From NCBI RefSeq assembly GCF_009914755.1, contig NC_060926.1: a stretch of 64,000 nt of DNA; one strand, written 5' to 3'. The notes beneath the pieces are model-generated. The model made no database searches. It had not been told where the DNA came from and saw nothing but the letters and a program-made list of their open reading frames with translations. The position numbers were made by a program, and so were the translations under genes. How positions within the stretch are numbered: position 1 is the stretch's first letter; every line of letters starts with the position of its first letter. Shown here in pieces: positions 36,996-55,177 of the stretch. Source of the stretch: the human T2T-CHM13v2.0 reference genome, Homo sapiens.

Positions 36996-38022
36996 GGGGG
37001 GTGGAGCCAAGATGGCTGAATAGGCAGCTCCAGTCTACAGCTCCCAGCGTGAGCGATGCAGAAGATGGGTGATTTCTGCATTTCCAACTGAGGTACCAGG
37101 TTCATCTCACTGGGGAGTGTCAGAAAGTGGGTGCAGGACAGTGGGTGCAGCGCACCGAGTGTGAGCCAAAGAAGGGCGAGGCATCGCCTCACCTGGGAAG
37201 CGCAAGGGATCAGGGAATTCCCTTTCCTAGTCAAAGAAAGGGGTGACAGACGGCACCTGGAAAATCGGGTCACTCCCACCCTAATACTGCGCTTTTCCAA
37301 TGGTCTTAGCAAACGGCACACCAGGAGATTATATCCCACGCCTGGCTCAGAGGGTCCTACACCCACAGAGCCTCACTCATTCCTAGCACAGCAGTCTGAG
37401 ATCAAATTGCAAGGTGGCAGCGAGGCTGGGGGAGGGACGCCCACCGCTGCCGAGGCTTGAGTAGGTAAGCAAAGCCTCCGGGAAGCTCGAACTGGGTGGA
37501 GCCCACCGCAGCTCAAGGAGGCCTGCCTGCCTCTGTAGACTCCACCTCTGGGGGCAGGGCATAGCCAAATAAAAGGCAGCAGAAACCTCTGCAGACTTAA
37601 ATATCCCTGTCTGACAGCTTTGAAGAGAGTAGTGGTTCTCCCAGCACGCAGCTGGAGATCTGAGAATGGAGAGACTGCCTCCTCAAGTGGGTCCCTGACC
37701 CCCAAGTAGCCTAACTGGGAGGCACCCCCGAGTAGGGGCAGACTGACACCCCTCATGGCCGGGTACTCCTCTGAGACAAAACTTCCAGAGGAAAAATCAG
37801 GCAGCAACATTTGCTGTTCACCAATATCCACTGCTCTGCAGCCTCTGCTGCTGATACGCAGGCACACAGGGTCTGGAGCGGACCTCCAGAAAACTCCAAC
37901 AGACCTGCAGCTGAGGGTCCTGACTGTTAGAAGGAAAACTAACAAACAGAAAGGACATCCACACCAAAATCCCATCTGTATGTCACCATCATCAAAGACC
38001 AAAGGTAGATAAAACCACAAAG
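36996..38022 (+). promoter_or_regulatory. L1 5'UTR internal promoter (sense and antisense), with YY1 core aagatggc at 37009-37016
   Basis: Homology to the L1PA 5'UTR; CpGs partly decayed; activity cannot be inferred from sequence. Confidence 0.7.
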
Positions 38023-39039
38023 ATGGGGAAAAAACAGAGCAGAAAAACTGGAAACTGTAAAAATCAGAGCACCTCTCCTCTTCCAAAGGAATGCAGCTCC
38101 TCACCAGCAACAGAACAAAGCTGGACGGAGAATGACATTGACGAGTTGAGAGAAGAAGGTTTCAGACGATCAAACTACTCCGAGCTAAAGGAAGAAGTTC
38201 GAACCCATGGCAAAGAAGTTAAAAACCTTGAAAAAAAATTAGATGAATGGCTAACTAGAATGACCAATGCAGAGAAGTCCTTAAAGGACCTGATGGAGCT
38301 AAAAACCAAGGCACGAGAACTACGTGATGAATGCACAAGCCTCAGTAGCCAATTCGATCCACTGGAAGAAAGGGTATCAGTGATGGAAGATCAAATGAAT
38401 GAAATGAAGTGAGAAGAGAAGTTTAGAGAAAAAAGAATAAAAAGAAACGAACAAAGCCTCCAAGAAATATGGGACTATGTGAAAAGACCAAATCTACGTC
38501 TGATTGGTGTACTTGAAAGTGACGGGGAGAATGGAACCAAGTTGGAAAACACTCTGCAGGATATTACCCAGGAGAACTTCCCCAATCTAGCAAGGCAGGC
38601 CAACATTCAGATTCAGGAAATACAGAGAATGCCACAAAGATACTCCTCGAGAAGAGCAACTCCAAGACACATAATTGTCAGATTCACCAAAGTTGACATG
38701 AAGGAGAAACTGTTAAGGGCAGCCAGAGAGAAAGGTTGGCTTACCCACAAAGGGAAGCCCATCACACTAACAACTGATCTCTCAGCAGAAACTCTACAAG
38801 CCTGAAGAGAGAGGGGGCCGATATTCAACATTCTTAAAGAAAAGGATTTTCAACCCAGAATTTCATATCCAGCCAAACTAAGCTTCATAAGTGAAGGAGA
38901 AATAAAATACTTTACAGACAAGCAAATGCTGAGAGATTTTGTCACCACCAGGCCTGCCCTAAAAGAGCTCCTGAAGGAAGCACTAAACATGGAAAGGAAC
39001 AACCGGTACCAGCCACTGCAAAAACATACCAAATTGTAA
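38023..39039 (+). pseudogene. LINE-1 ORF1 (RNA-binding protein) with premature stops
   Basis: MGKKQSRKTGN start; TGA at 38410-38412 and 38803-38805; RRM segment KRPNLRLIGV; native stop TAA at 39037-39039. Confidence 0.95.
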
Positions 39040-39102
39040 AGACCTTCGAGGCTAGGAAGAAACTGCATCAACTAACAAGCAAAATAACCAGCTAACATCA
39101 TA

Positions 39103-42900
<3,798 letters not shown>

Positions 42901-45900
42901 ACAATGAGAACACATGGACACAGGAAGGGGAACATCACACACCAGGGCCTGTTGTGGGGTGGGGGGAGGGGGGAGGGATAGCATTAGGAGATATACCTAA
43001 TGTTAAATGATGAGTTAATGGGTGCAGCACACCAACATGGCACATGTATACATATGTAACTAACCTGCACGTTATGCACATGTACCCTAAAACTTAAAGT
43101 ATAATAAATTTTTTAAAAAAGGAAATGAAAAGAGGGGACAAAACTGTAAATAGGCATTGTAAAGTGATGAGTTTGCTGTTAGAGGTCTTTCAAAGCCATG
43201 TTGAAGAAAATCAAGTCCCTAATTGTTGGAAACAAACAACAAAAAAAGTGACAGTTACTAATAGTAAGTGGTCACTTACAAAGCAGAGGATTCTTTTACT
43301 CCTAAAGTCTCCACATTTTTGACTTCAGTCTGGGTGACCCATTTCTTTGCTATTTCAAATTTGTGTCAACCCCAGTGATCTCTTTTCCTTATGTGCCACA
43401 CTGCAGATTAAGGTCACTGATTTCACACACAGCAATATGAAGGGGAAGAAAAGAAAAACAAAAACAAAACAGAACAAGAACCAATTTCAATCAGTAACTA
43501 GGAGGAAAAAGGTCAGTCTGTTAACAGTTATCTATTAAACAGCCACTATGTGTGGAGGCCTGGAATAAATTCTGTATAGGGAAACAGGAAACAGAAGATA
43601 GTAACCATACCTCTTGAAGAACTCAAAAGCTAACAGGGATAGAACAAATCTAACAGAGACAGAACAATTATAAAAATCATGACATACAAAAATCTAGGAA
43701 AAAATACATATGAACGGCCTGAGTTTTCCATGCAGGAAAAAAATCGAAGATCTTCACTACTTTGCTGAATTTAAGGGGTAGACCGTAGGACAAGAAACCT
43801 GGGTCAAACAAACACAACCCACATGTGTCAACCTTTCATCATGCAAGTGTCTGAACATTTCAAAGTTTATTCCTTACTTGTGAATTCAAAGGTTTAAAGA
43901 AATCTTTTAATATCAAAACTATATTCTAGATAACCATTAACTTAAATCTTCATTGGAAAGTGAATGTTTCCCACACCCTTCTGGTTTAATAAAAACAATT
44001 CAATTTTATTAGTATTTTTCATTGGATTCCTTGAGAAAAACAATTGGAAAAAAAAATTTCTCCATTTGTGAATCCAGGCCAAGCAAGCAGAAGACTATGT
44101 GAAAAAACAAAAGATGGCTCTGGCTACCCCGTGGAGCATCAGGGCTGTGTGACTGCTGCTTCTCCTCATAGGGTAGCTGTCCAAACAGAGGGAATTTTTG
44201 AAAAACGGTAGAAGATGAACACAGAACCGCAACCTGGGAAAATTCACCAAGCATGCCAAGCTTGCCAAGGAAGCTTTTCCTTCCTTCTTTTGTGTTGGCA
44301 ATAAGCACCACAAAGACACACGTTCACATGCATTAAAATTTTTCAAGACAAGTTCCTATCTCAAAAATAGCAAGTTCCTAGTGGGAGCAGAATAAAAGGT
44401 ATGTTGATTCTTTTGCAGATAGATGGTTACCGCTGTGAATGCCAGTGTTTTTGTTGGGCTTGGGTTTTTTTTTTTTTTTTTAAGTACTCAAAAAAAAAAT
44501 GCCATCCATCTGTCCTTAATCTGGAAATGACTCAATGGTTTAAAAGCTTTTGTTTAAAGCTCACAGGATTGCTATACATTGACTTGACTGCCTAAATGTG
44601 AAACTCAGGACTTCAATTAGACACCCAAGTGAGAAAATTATAAGTAACAGAATTGTGTTTTTTAATAACCATTTATTGTCATCAGTATATTTAACTTAAT
44701 ATCTTATGTCTTCCTTGACATCTAGTTAAAATGTTAGTCTCATTTCACTGAAATTGATGAAATCTAAAATGTATAATTAATGACCTCCTTTGCAGAAGAG
44801 TAGAAAATTAACTTTATTTCTTTTAGAAAAGGTGTTATTCTCATGAATAACCAAATTTATCTAAGTTGTTGGAAGTAGTTTAGCTTAATAGTCTTATAAA
44901 AAAAGATCACAGAATTTTTATTCTTCCTTTTGCAAAAGAAATAAAAGCTGCATGTTCTGTAACACTAATTCTCAAAATCAGAAATTTTATACTGACTACT
45001 TTCATTCTTAGCCCCTCACCTCATTGCTTGCTATAACCCCCCTTTTCTATCCTTTTGTATTATTTCTGCATTTCTGTGCCCCCTACCCCACTCCCACCCT
45101 CACAAGACAGTAAACTCTTTGGAAACCAAGAAAGGAGTCTTATTCATTGTAAGTTTCAGAGCTTCCATCTCCTAGTCCAATAATGAGTATCTAGTAGGTG
45201 CTCATTAAATATTGGCTCACAAATATTTTAAAATCTAAATTAATAAACAGGCAAAATATTTTTATTTTGTTTCTATATACAAAAAGGGAAAATTGTTGAC
45301 ATCACAGCCCTGATGATGGTAAGACTTCCAATTAGGTAGGTGATATGTGAGCAATCCCTTGCCCAGCTCTACCTTCCCCATCTGGCCTGGAGCTGCCGTT
45401 AGAGTGAATCACATAACATTCCTTCCTATCCTTAAGGCTGTTCTTGATACCAGAATAAGTCACGTGCTCCAAGATTGAGAACCCATGTCAGGAGAGCTTA
45501 GCCATGATAGTGTCTTATTCCAAATACATATATGGCCTTGGCTTGGAGAAACCCCGCTAAACTTCCCCAGGTCCCAATCAGTAGGAGGAGTCCATTGGTT
45601 GCCTGAGCAGGAAAATGCAGAGTTCCTTAGAGAATGTGCATATGCTTTAGGAAGATGCTCTAATAGCCTAGGTCTGTTTGAAGAAGGAAAGATTTCAAGC
45701 TGCTGGAAGTTGGTGATCTAGAGCACTGCAAGAATGGAGGGGGTGAGTATCAAGACTCTGAAGAGTGTTCGTCTAAATGTTCTCGGAGTCAACTGTGTTT
45801 CTGCAATCAGCAGATCCAGTGCTCCATCACACATGGGTTAGAGTGTTTGGCTCTTCGCTGTCCATTCACACTCCACCCTGGTTAATATCAGGGATCCTCA

Positions 45901-46829
45901 GTAGGGAATGAAAAGGCTGGAACAGAAACCCTTTGGCTTCAACCTCCCCAGCTCCAAGAGTAACAGCATCTAGGAGAAGAATGATCAGGGTTAGCTTGAG
46001 GCTGTGGCCAAATGGGGCTCAAAGTCCCACTCCTGCACTAGATAGCTCAAAGCGTCAAGCCCAAGCATCAAGCATAGAACAGAAATAATAGTTCTAAGCA
46101 CAAGGTTCACTGTGACAGGCAGAGGGCCAGTGGGTTCAGAGGCAGAGCTGCGATGACATGGCAAGAATGGAAGCCTTTAATGGAGTTCCACATACAAATC
46201 CACCAACAAACAGGAAACTGTTAGTGGCCATGCTGGTTTGTACTTATTGTTTTCTCAGTACCCAAGAGTATCAGAATAGGAGGAGAATCTTATAGGATCC
46301 CAGAACATGCCCTTCCAAGAGGTTCTTAATTTTTGAGTTGTTTGTTTCCCAAAATCAGAATCAGAGAATCACCAATTGGCTCTGGGAGGAAAAGAGCATT
46401 GATGTGGAAGATGACAAAAATGATATGAAGGCAACATTGGCGATGGCACCAGAAAAAGCCCCAGGGAAGTCAGCAAAAACGGAGACCCATCTATGGTTCC
46501 AGGAGTGGCATCCCTGACTGAGACCAATCAAGGGGAAGCCAGAATAACTCTAATACTTGTACTAATGTGTTGCCTTCACCAAGTAACATAAGTATTTGAG
46601 TTACACGAGGCACACGTAAGGCACAGTTTTCTAAAGGAAACAATCAGGATGCTACACTCTCCTGTAGTATATAAATTCTGTGCCTGTGAAGTAACTGCCA
46701 CAGTTAGATTGGATGGCTACCACTTGCCTTTAAGAAGGAGCATTCATGTGAGAATGGGATTCACCTGGATGCTTCATGCACAGGCAGAGGGGAAGAGGGG
46801 GCCTTCATTTGTCATCTGCATAAACATTC

Positions 46830-47100
46830 TTCAGCTATTCATTGAATGACCAGTAGGCACAAGATTTTGTTTTAGGCACTGGTGATAGATAGTAGTGAGC
46901 AAAAAAGGTAAAATCTCTATCCTTATGGAGTTTTCTTTCTACTTGGAGAAATAGATCAATAAGTAAAACATATTTTTGAGATGGTAGGAAGCACTGTGTA
47001 GAAAATATATCAAGGAAGTTGGATAAGGAATGTTGGTGGGGGAGAGTTTACAATTGCAAATAAGATATCCAGACAAGGTCTCACTGAGAAGGTGATGTTC
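46830..47100 (-). mobile_element. L2 3' fragment
   Basis: ttcattgaatgacc...ttaggcactggtgatag...ggtctcactgagaaggtgatgtt. Confidence 0.6.
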
Positions 47101-47655
47101 ATTTGACAGGTGACATCCTCAAGCATTTTTTTTAACCATGAAAATGCATATTATCTTTAAATAAATATGGAGAGCTGTGTAGAAAAATCAAAGAAGAGGA
47201 AAGGATGTCACATAAGGGGTAAGGTGTCTGCTGAGAATTATATGTGAAAATGGGGGAGGACTTGCAGCAGGTCCAGCATTGAAGTATTTATAAGGAACTT
47301 GGGAGTTCCCTGGGGCCCCCACCTCCTCCTTCAGGGAAAGGGTGCTTTCTGTCCTCTGGGTGCAATCAGAGCCTGTTCTTACTGCTGGTCGTCTCCAGAA
47401 GTGGCTCCCTCCCTGCTGGCTTCTTTGTGGGATGCCCTTCAGGACCAGACCTCTACCTGGAGCTCAGAGTGTGACTGGAACCCAGGAGAGGATGGAATGG
47501 AATGGAATGGGCATCGTTTCCTTTTGCTGCACAAGCCTTTTAGCTTCCAAAAAAATAACTCACTAGATTGCACAAAGGCAAATTTCTTTTCTAAAGGATT
47601 AGTGGAATTTCAGAAGGTAATAACATAGGCAGAACAAATATTAAAATTTCATCAA

Positions 47656-47919
<264 letters not shown>

Positions 47920-48023
47920 TCAACTTGAACTTCTTCCTTGAGTGTCAAATGCACCTCACAGACACACATCAAGACTTAAACCTTCACAAAGGATGGTCCT
48001 GACTTTCCCTAGCTCCAAGTATG

Positions 48024-48080
48024 TTTCTCTTACTCTCTCTTTCTCTCTCTCTTTCACACACACACACACACTCCCACACA
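48024..48080. repeat. (CT)n(CA)n compound microsatellite
   Basis: Read directly. Confidence 0.85.
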
Positions 48081-50454
48081 CTCATACAACCAACCTTCCC
48101 TCCACCACCACCTCCTTACAGATGGCTATTGATGCTAAGCAAAAACAAAAAAACAAAACGATGTAAAACAATCCTCTCTGGTTTTTATAGGTTCCTAAAT
48201 GTCACTCGGCTGGTACATACATAAATCCTTCAGTAGTGGGTCTCCTGGATACCTTCTTATTTTTTAGTACTATCTGATAGAACTATCTCTATATTTACCC
48301 TGTTTCCAACCTATAACCAGCCATTTAGTTCCAAAATCCTAGGGGTTCATCCTCCCATCCTTTCCTAAATTGACTGTATTTGAGAAATAGCTTCAAGCAC
48401 AAAAGCAGCATAGAAATTCAATCACATGGAAAAAAATGATTTGAAATAGGAAAATTAACCCAAATTTTCCTCCATACCTAGAAAATATAGTTTGAAATTC
48501 ATCTCTGAAAGTTCTTCTTTGAATGGACATCCAATTGAATAAAGAAAATAAGGTTACCAGTATATCATTTGTTGAACAGCTGTGAATACTCAGAAGACTG
48601 AAGGTTGAATGATTTGCTATTAAATATTTTTGACCTAACAAGCTATTATAGAGAAAAAAGGGCCAGTTTAAACATAACCCACACTGGACCATGCCTCAGC
48701 ATGGGAAACACATGAGTGTGGCCACTCAGATTTGTCAAGGGTCATTTTAATATTTAGTAGAGGAAAATGTGACTATTCTTCTAACATTTAATTAGAGGAA
48801 TGTCATCTTTGAGAGCTCAGGGCACTCATGTTTTCACCTCCATCTGATTTAACGAGCACTGTCCCTTTTTCTCCCTACAGATTATTTTCCTGTAAATTTT
48901 TCTGGGTAAGATTGCATTTTCATCTAACTAATATTCTCTTTATGCAAATAGATGTTATTTACATATATAAAACTGGTTAAGAAATCAAAATGACATTCAA
49001 TTGATATTTACAGGCAATTTCATGTGCTTATTTTTCAGTTTCATAGGATTTAAATTTAGCATTTTCTGACTTGGAATCCATTGGGTTGATATACTTAAGA
49101 GTTAAGCTGATTTTCTTTCATTAAAGTTTAGTTTCTCTGGTTTAATCAGTGAACATATAATTGCTTAAAGTATCCACTTTATAAGATTTTTCAATAAATT
49201 ATCAAGGATGTTTAAATCTAAAAACTGATGCTATTTCTGTACTTGTGGTCATAGATACACAGCACAATTTTTGCAGCTAGTCAGCCTGCTGTACTTTAAT
49301 CTAATAAGCCAGCTGGAAAAATGGTTCTGTTTTCTCCCTGCGGATTCTTTTTCCTATATGAATATGACCATTTCATACTCTATCATTCTGTTTCAAAGGC
49401 CATCAAGCTTTACTTTGAATCATTTCTTGATTCATCAGGTATACTTAACATTGATTGAGAGCTTACTACATGCTAAGCACAGAGTAATAGATTAACTCAT
49501 TTGCTCCTCATAACAACCCTAGGAGATATTTAGAAATAATGCTCACCTTCCATGTCTGCCATGTCTTCAATAAGTGCAAGAATGTATATGTAAAGCATGT
49601 AGCTTTGTGAGGTCTGCCATGTTCTTATTACATGTGGTGATATATGTGAAATGTGCAGCATAATACCTAGCATCATCTTCGCACTGTAAGCATTCAACTA
49701 GACTTAGCTCCTGTTGTACTTTCTGTATACATTCCCCTACTATAGCAAGTGGCTCACCACGTTCCAATTATGTATTTAGCTAAATGAACTTAAAGTGCTT
49801 AACAGCTAGCAAGTAGCATGGCAGGATTCTTACCCAGGCAGTTCTTGCATTGAGTCCTAGCTCTTAATCAGTACCATATAGTGCTAGATAAACAATGAAA
49901 TATTAATAATTCCATCAAATCAACACATGTTCCCCCTTACTACACTATTATGAAACACAGGGGAAAACCCTATTACCACAGTTACTGAGAATATCATCCA
50001 TAGTCAAATCTACATGACAATACCATGGAGTAAATACTAAGGGAAAATATGAAATAAGTGCACACAGTAAAAGGTGTAGTCTGTAGTGAGCACTCTATAA
50101 AACCTAGTTAAGACTGGGTAGGACAAAAGCATGAGTCACCTAACTCTGAAGAAAAGGGAAAATGCAGAAACCCAGTCCTAAAATAAGAAAGGGATAAATG
50201 AAGCATTTCGTTCATGGCCTTCATCTTGGTAATGCTTTTAAGTCAATAAAGAAATTAGTGAAGTAATTGTAATTTGTAAAACTTTTAAAGATAGAATCAT
50301 TCTTACCTGCCACCAGATTGCTCTTTCTGAAACACAAATCCAATATTCCTTTGCCGAAACCTTGTGGAGGCTGCTCACCAGCCACGAGGTTCCCCGTGAT
50401 CTGGTCCTGTCTCTTGCAGCTGTCTCTCCTTTCCTCACCTTGCACTAACCACTT

Positions 50455-50675
50455 AATGTGGTGGAGAGAACTTGGGTTTTGAAGCTAGAAAGACACATTG
50501 AAATTCCTTACTCCATTACTGCAAACTGAGTGATCTAGAGGAGTTTACTTAACCTGTCTAACCCTACTGACCCTTAACCTCTTTGATTCCTTCTCTGTAA
50601 ACTGCAGATAATTATACATACCTCTAGGGTAATATTATTAGGATTAAATGCAAAATACATACGTATATATACGTG

Positions 50676-50706
<31 letters not shown>

Positions 50707-50770
50707 ATGGCATGTAACATAATGCTCAACATACCATAAGTATTGTAAGCATTCAATTAGCTTTAATCCC
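50455..50770 (+). mobile_element. MIR SINE containing a (TA)/(TG)n microsatellite (~50656-50708)
   Basis: gtgtggtggagagaacttgggttttgaagctag...ctctgtaaactgcagataatt...ggattaaatg. Confidence 0.65.
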
Positions 50771-53750
50771 ATTATATTTTATTTGCATATTTTTCTATTA
50801 TAGCAAGGCTCACACTATATTCCAATGCTTTCAAGGTCCTTCATTTATTTAGGCCCCATTTTCCTCGTCTTCAAAATGGTCATAAGAATACACATTTACC
50901 TAGAAGAATTTTATGGGGATTAAGGAAAATAAGGAAAGTGAGCTCTGTTGTAATCACTCCATAAATGGTAACTGTGTTTTATCACTGTGCTGCTGTCAGC
51001 CCATGAGCTTCTCCAGGACAGGACTCTGTCTTCTTTTTATCCTGGTGTCTTACGTAGACAGCACCAAACAGATGCTATGCAGTAGGTGTTCAACAAAATC
51101 TCAAAGTGTGAACAAAGGACTTATATTCACTCTGCCCTGGAGGCAGGATTCCTTGGGATCCTCCAACAAAACTGGAATTTACAGCAGTTTCAAATCTCAT
51201 ATTCTTAGTCCTACTGGAAATTTCAGAATCCAACTTTATTAGTGAAGGTAAATATCTACAATTGCTATAGCAGACAACCCCCAAACCTCAATAGTTCAAC
51301 CCGAAGAGTTTATTTCTTAACTCATAGTACAATCTATAGCATGTTGGATTCTCAATGGTTTGTGATGGGGATAAAATTACCAAAAGCTTCTAAGTTCCTG
51401 TAGAGTAGGATCAGTGTTGTATAGTATATTTATTTATATATGTGACTTTCTCAATCACCACTACCACCTTTGTCTATAGATATTAGCACAGTCTCTTGTC
51501 CTCTGTAAGAATATTTATTGTTTACAAATCAAACTACACAATAAAGTCAGGCCATTGTCCACATATTTTAGAAAAATATTCTCTTATTAAAGAGAAGAGA
51601 ACTGGAATATAACTTTAGGCAGCTGAGCTCAGAGCCTGTACTTTTAACCACCTCCTCTACTGTAACCGTAATAAAGCATGGATTGAAGAAAAAGAATTTA
51701 TTTTTGGTTTTCAACTACTGTCTTGGTCTTTACAAAAAACTGTGTAGAAAACCACCTGGGCAAATTGTCATTAGAAACAATATAAGCACAATTGTCTTTT
51801 ATTATTTTAGCTTTTAAAAAGCTAAAGCTTTAGAATCACCTAAATTGACAGCACTTGAGTTATGAATTAGCTTGGGAGCTGCTTTCTTTGATGCCAAAAA
51901 GGCACTTGATTTGATGTGGCAAAATAATACAATCCAGTTTTAAGGGTAACATTTGAGCTGAACTCAAGATTTGCTTTTTAAAAAACAATCTGTAATCTTC
52001 AGTTACCAATGGCTGATTTCCAGGTTCTATTTTGAAAGTGATAATTAGGCCTGAAATTTTTTTTTTGCTAACTTTGTTATGTAAATCACACCTTTGGGGG
52101 GAAAATTGGACAAAATAACACAATAGCAATAAAAAAAATTTTACTCTGAATGATTTTTTTAAGTCTATTCAGTCAGATGAGATATATGCCAGGCTTTTTG
52201 TTACACTCCATGATTTCCAGAGCATTTAAAATTTCAGTCCTCAGTTTAAAAAAGAATGGTCCCTATTTTTGTTTAATCCAACCTCAGATATAATCTGGAG
52301 TTCCTTAGGTCTTGAGTCTTCATCCCTTGACTAGTTAGAGGCTCATTATAGAATCTCAAATGTTAAACATTTTTCTCTTTTATATCACATTCCCTTCCCC
52401 ACCCCTCCAACTCCATTTGTAACAACTCTACTCTGGAAAGACTATAAATAAATCTCCTGTTCATAATTTTTCATTTCTATTTCTACACTTTTTTAAAAAC
52501 TTTGAGATTAAATTATACAACTCCTGAAGACTTTTCTTATTCAAGGCTATGGCCAAGTAAAAACCCTATAGTCTGCACTGCACAACCAATGGGAGATGGC
52601 TTGTTGGGGACAGACAAGAAAAAGAAAGAATAACTGTATCAGTTCTTTTGCTGCAGTGCTGCATCACAGTGGGAGAGAAAATAAAAATGGTCCTACTGAA
52701 TAGCACTGAACATCCTATTCTGACTCCTCAAGAAGCAGTGTCTGGTTTTGATGGGAAAGTCCAATTCCAATGACAGACTCAAGACATCTGCAGAACTAAA
52801 TATATCTCTAAATACAGCACAGCTTGAAAAACAGACCAGATCTGGTTTCAAAACACTATGTTGTTAACCCTTTTCAAGATGTGGAATTCCTTGAAATGAT
52901 TATCCTCATAGTTATAGAGAAAAAAAAGTCATAGAAAATCATTTGGATCCAAATATTTGCTTATATCTTATGATATGACATTCACATAGTGGCTGCATCC
53001 TACCTTAAATTACTTACTGTATGGTATCCAATGACTTACCAATTGCTAAAGCCAAGAACAAAAGCAAATGGATATAATTCTCCCACTCATATGTCGAGGT
53101 CAGAACAGAGAGGCTGACTCATCATAGAGTCGTTAGCAAGTCATAGTCCTTGCTACTATCAGTTTGTTCATTTGTTATTATGAGCTATTCAGTTGCTGTT
53201 TTGCTTTATTCATTCAGGGCAGAAACATAAGGTCTAGGCCAGAGAGAATGGAATCCTTAATGGCTCTTTTCTCTCTCATTTCCCCACTTGACAGGATGGC
53301 CAGTTGGCTTACGAAGCCAGTTGGATACAAATGCCTTTGTCATTTCGCATCCTCATGTCTTCCTGCATTAATCACTTGCCAGTGTGCTTTTGTCTCTTGC
53401 CTGTTGAGAGGGTAGTTTTGCTGAGCACATATGCTCTCTTTGTTGCTAGATATGACATTTATCACAGTGCAGCTTAAATTTAATGTGTGTTTTAACAACG
53501 CACCTACTTTAAGGATGTCACTTTCCCTTAATTCACATTCTTCCCGATGATGAAGATCCCACATGAATAAGGGGACCTTGCTTTTTCTAACTCCAGATCC
53601 TAACGTATCCAGGTTTCAATAAACATGCTGACTCAAAGAAATTTTCTCTAATATCATAATAATATTTCCCTTTTCTTTCCCTTGGCAGTATTATTTGGAG
53701 TACATATTTAATATCTTATTCTATTCTTTTTCAGTCTTGGCTTGCCTGTC

Positions 53751-54030
53751 AGTGATTCCCAAACCTGTTGTGTATTGGAAATGCTACTCCTGTGCATTCT
53801 GACTCAGTAGTCCCTGAAAAACCCAGGAATTTGTATTGTTTTTAAAGCTCCTACAATTTTTTCTTATTCTTATTCCCACCCACAAAAAGAGATTGCTTGC
53901 ATTGCACAATGTGAAACAGACTAAGAGAAGCACAATGTCTATGTGGAGGTGGCCTGGGAATATACTTTTTTAAGTTCCATTAATGATTCTCAGGTAAACA
54001 GTCCCTGGGCCAGTAATTGAGAATTTTTGT
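53751..54030. mobile_element. MER5-like hAT DNA transposon fragments
   Basis: cagtgattcccaaac terminus, attctgactcagtag, ccaggaatttgtatt...ttaaagctcc. Confidence 0.5.
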
Positions 54031-54049
54031 CAGCAACTTATAGTAGAAA

Positions 54050-55060
<1,011 letters not shown>

Positions 55061-55177
55061 TGTAGGCTAGCTGCATGTTCTTTCCTGAATCTATCAGCTC
55101 AGTGAAGAGACCATTGTGGGGAATGTGAGAAGGAATAAATCGAGGAGGAGTAAAAGATCATCTAGCAGCATCAATGG

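Noticed and set aside
37373-38110. 245-aa minus-strand ORF
   Set aside because: Antisense reading of the L1 5'UTR with a non-ATG start; only its tail matches ORF0; no evidence of a separate gene.
44247-44270. p53-like element ccaagcatg-ccaagcttg-ccaagg
   Set aside because: The period is 9 bp, so the half-sites overlap; this does not fit the 10-bp RRRCWWGYYY dimer spacing.
44009-44346. Possible minus-strand exon (ORFs of 100 and 83 aa, ttttcccag acceptor-like site)
   Set aside because: No recognisable protein and no convincing matching donor; needs transcript evidence.
45300-46600. Higher-GC stretch that might be an old LTR or ERV remnant
   Set aside because: I could not assign a family or termini from the sequence alone.
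50221-50445. Minus-strand ORF with a CAG|GTAAG donor-like site near 50303-50310
   Set aside because: The sequence looks like an L2 relic; an isolated splice motif is expected by chance.
50661-50674. Perfect 14-bp palindrome acgtatatatacgt
   Set aside because: A trivial consequence of the alternating purine-pyrimidine microsatellite.
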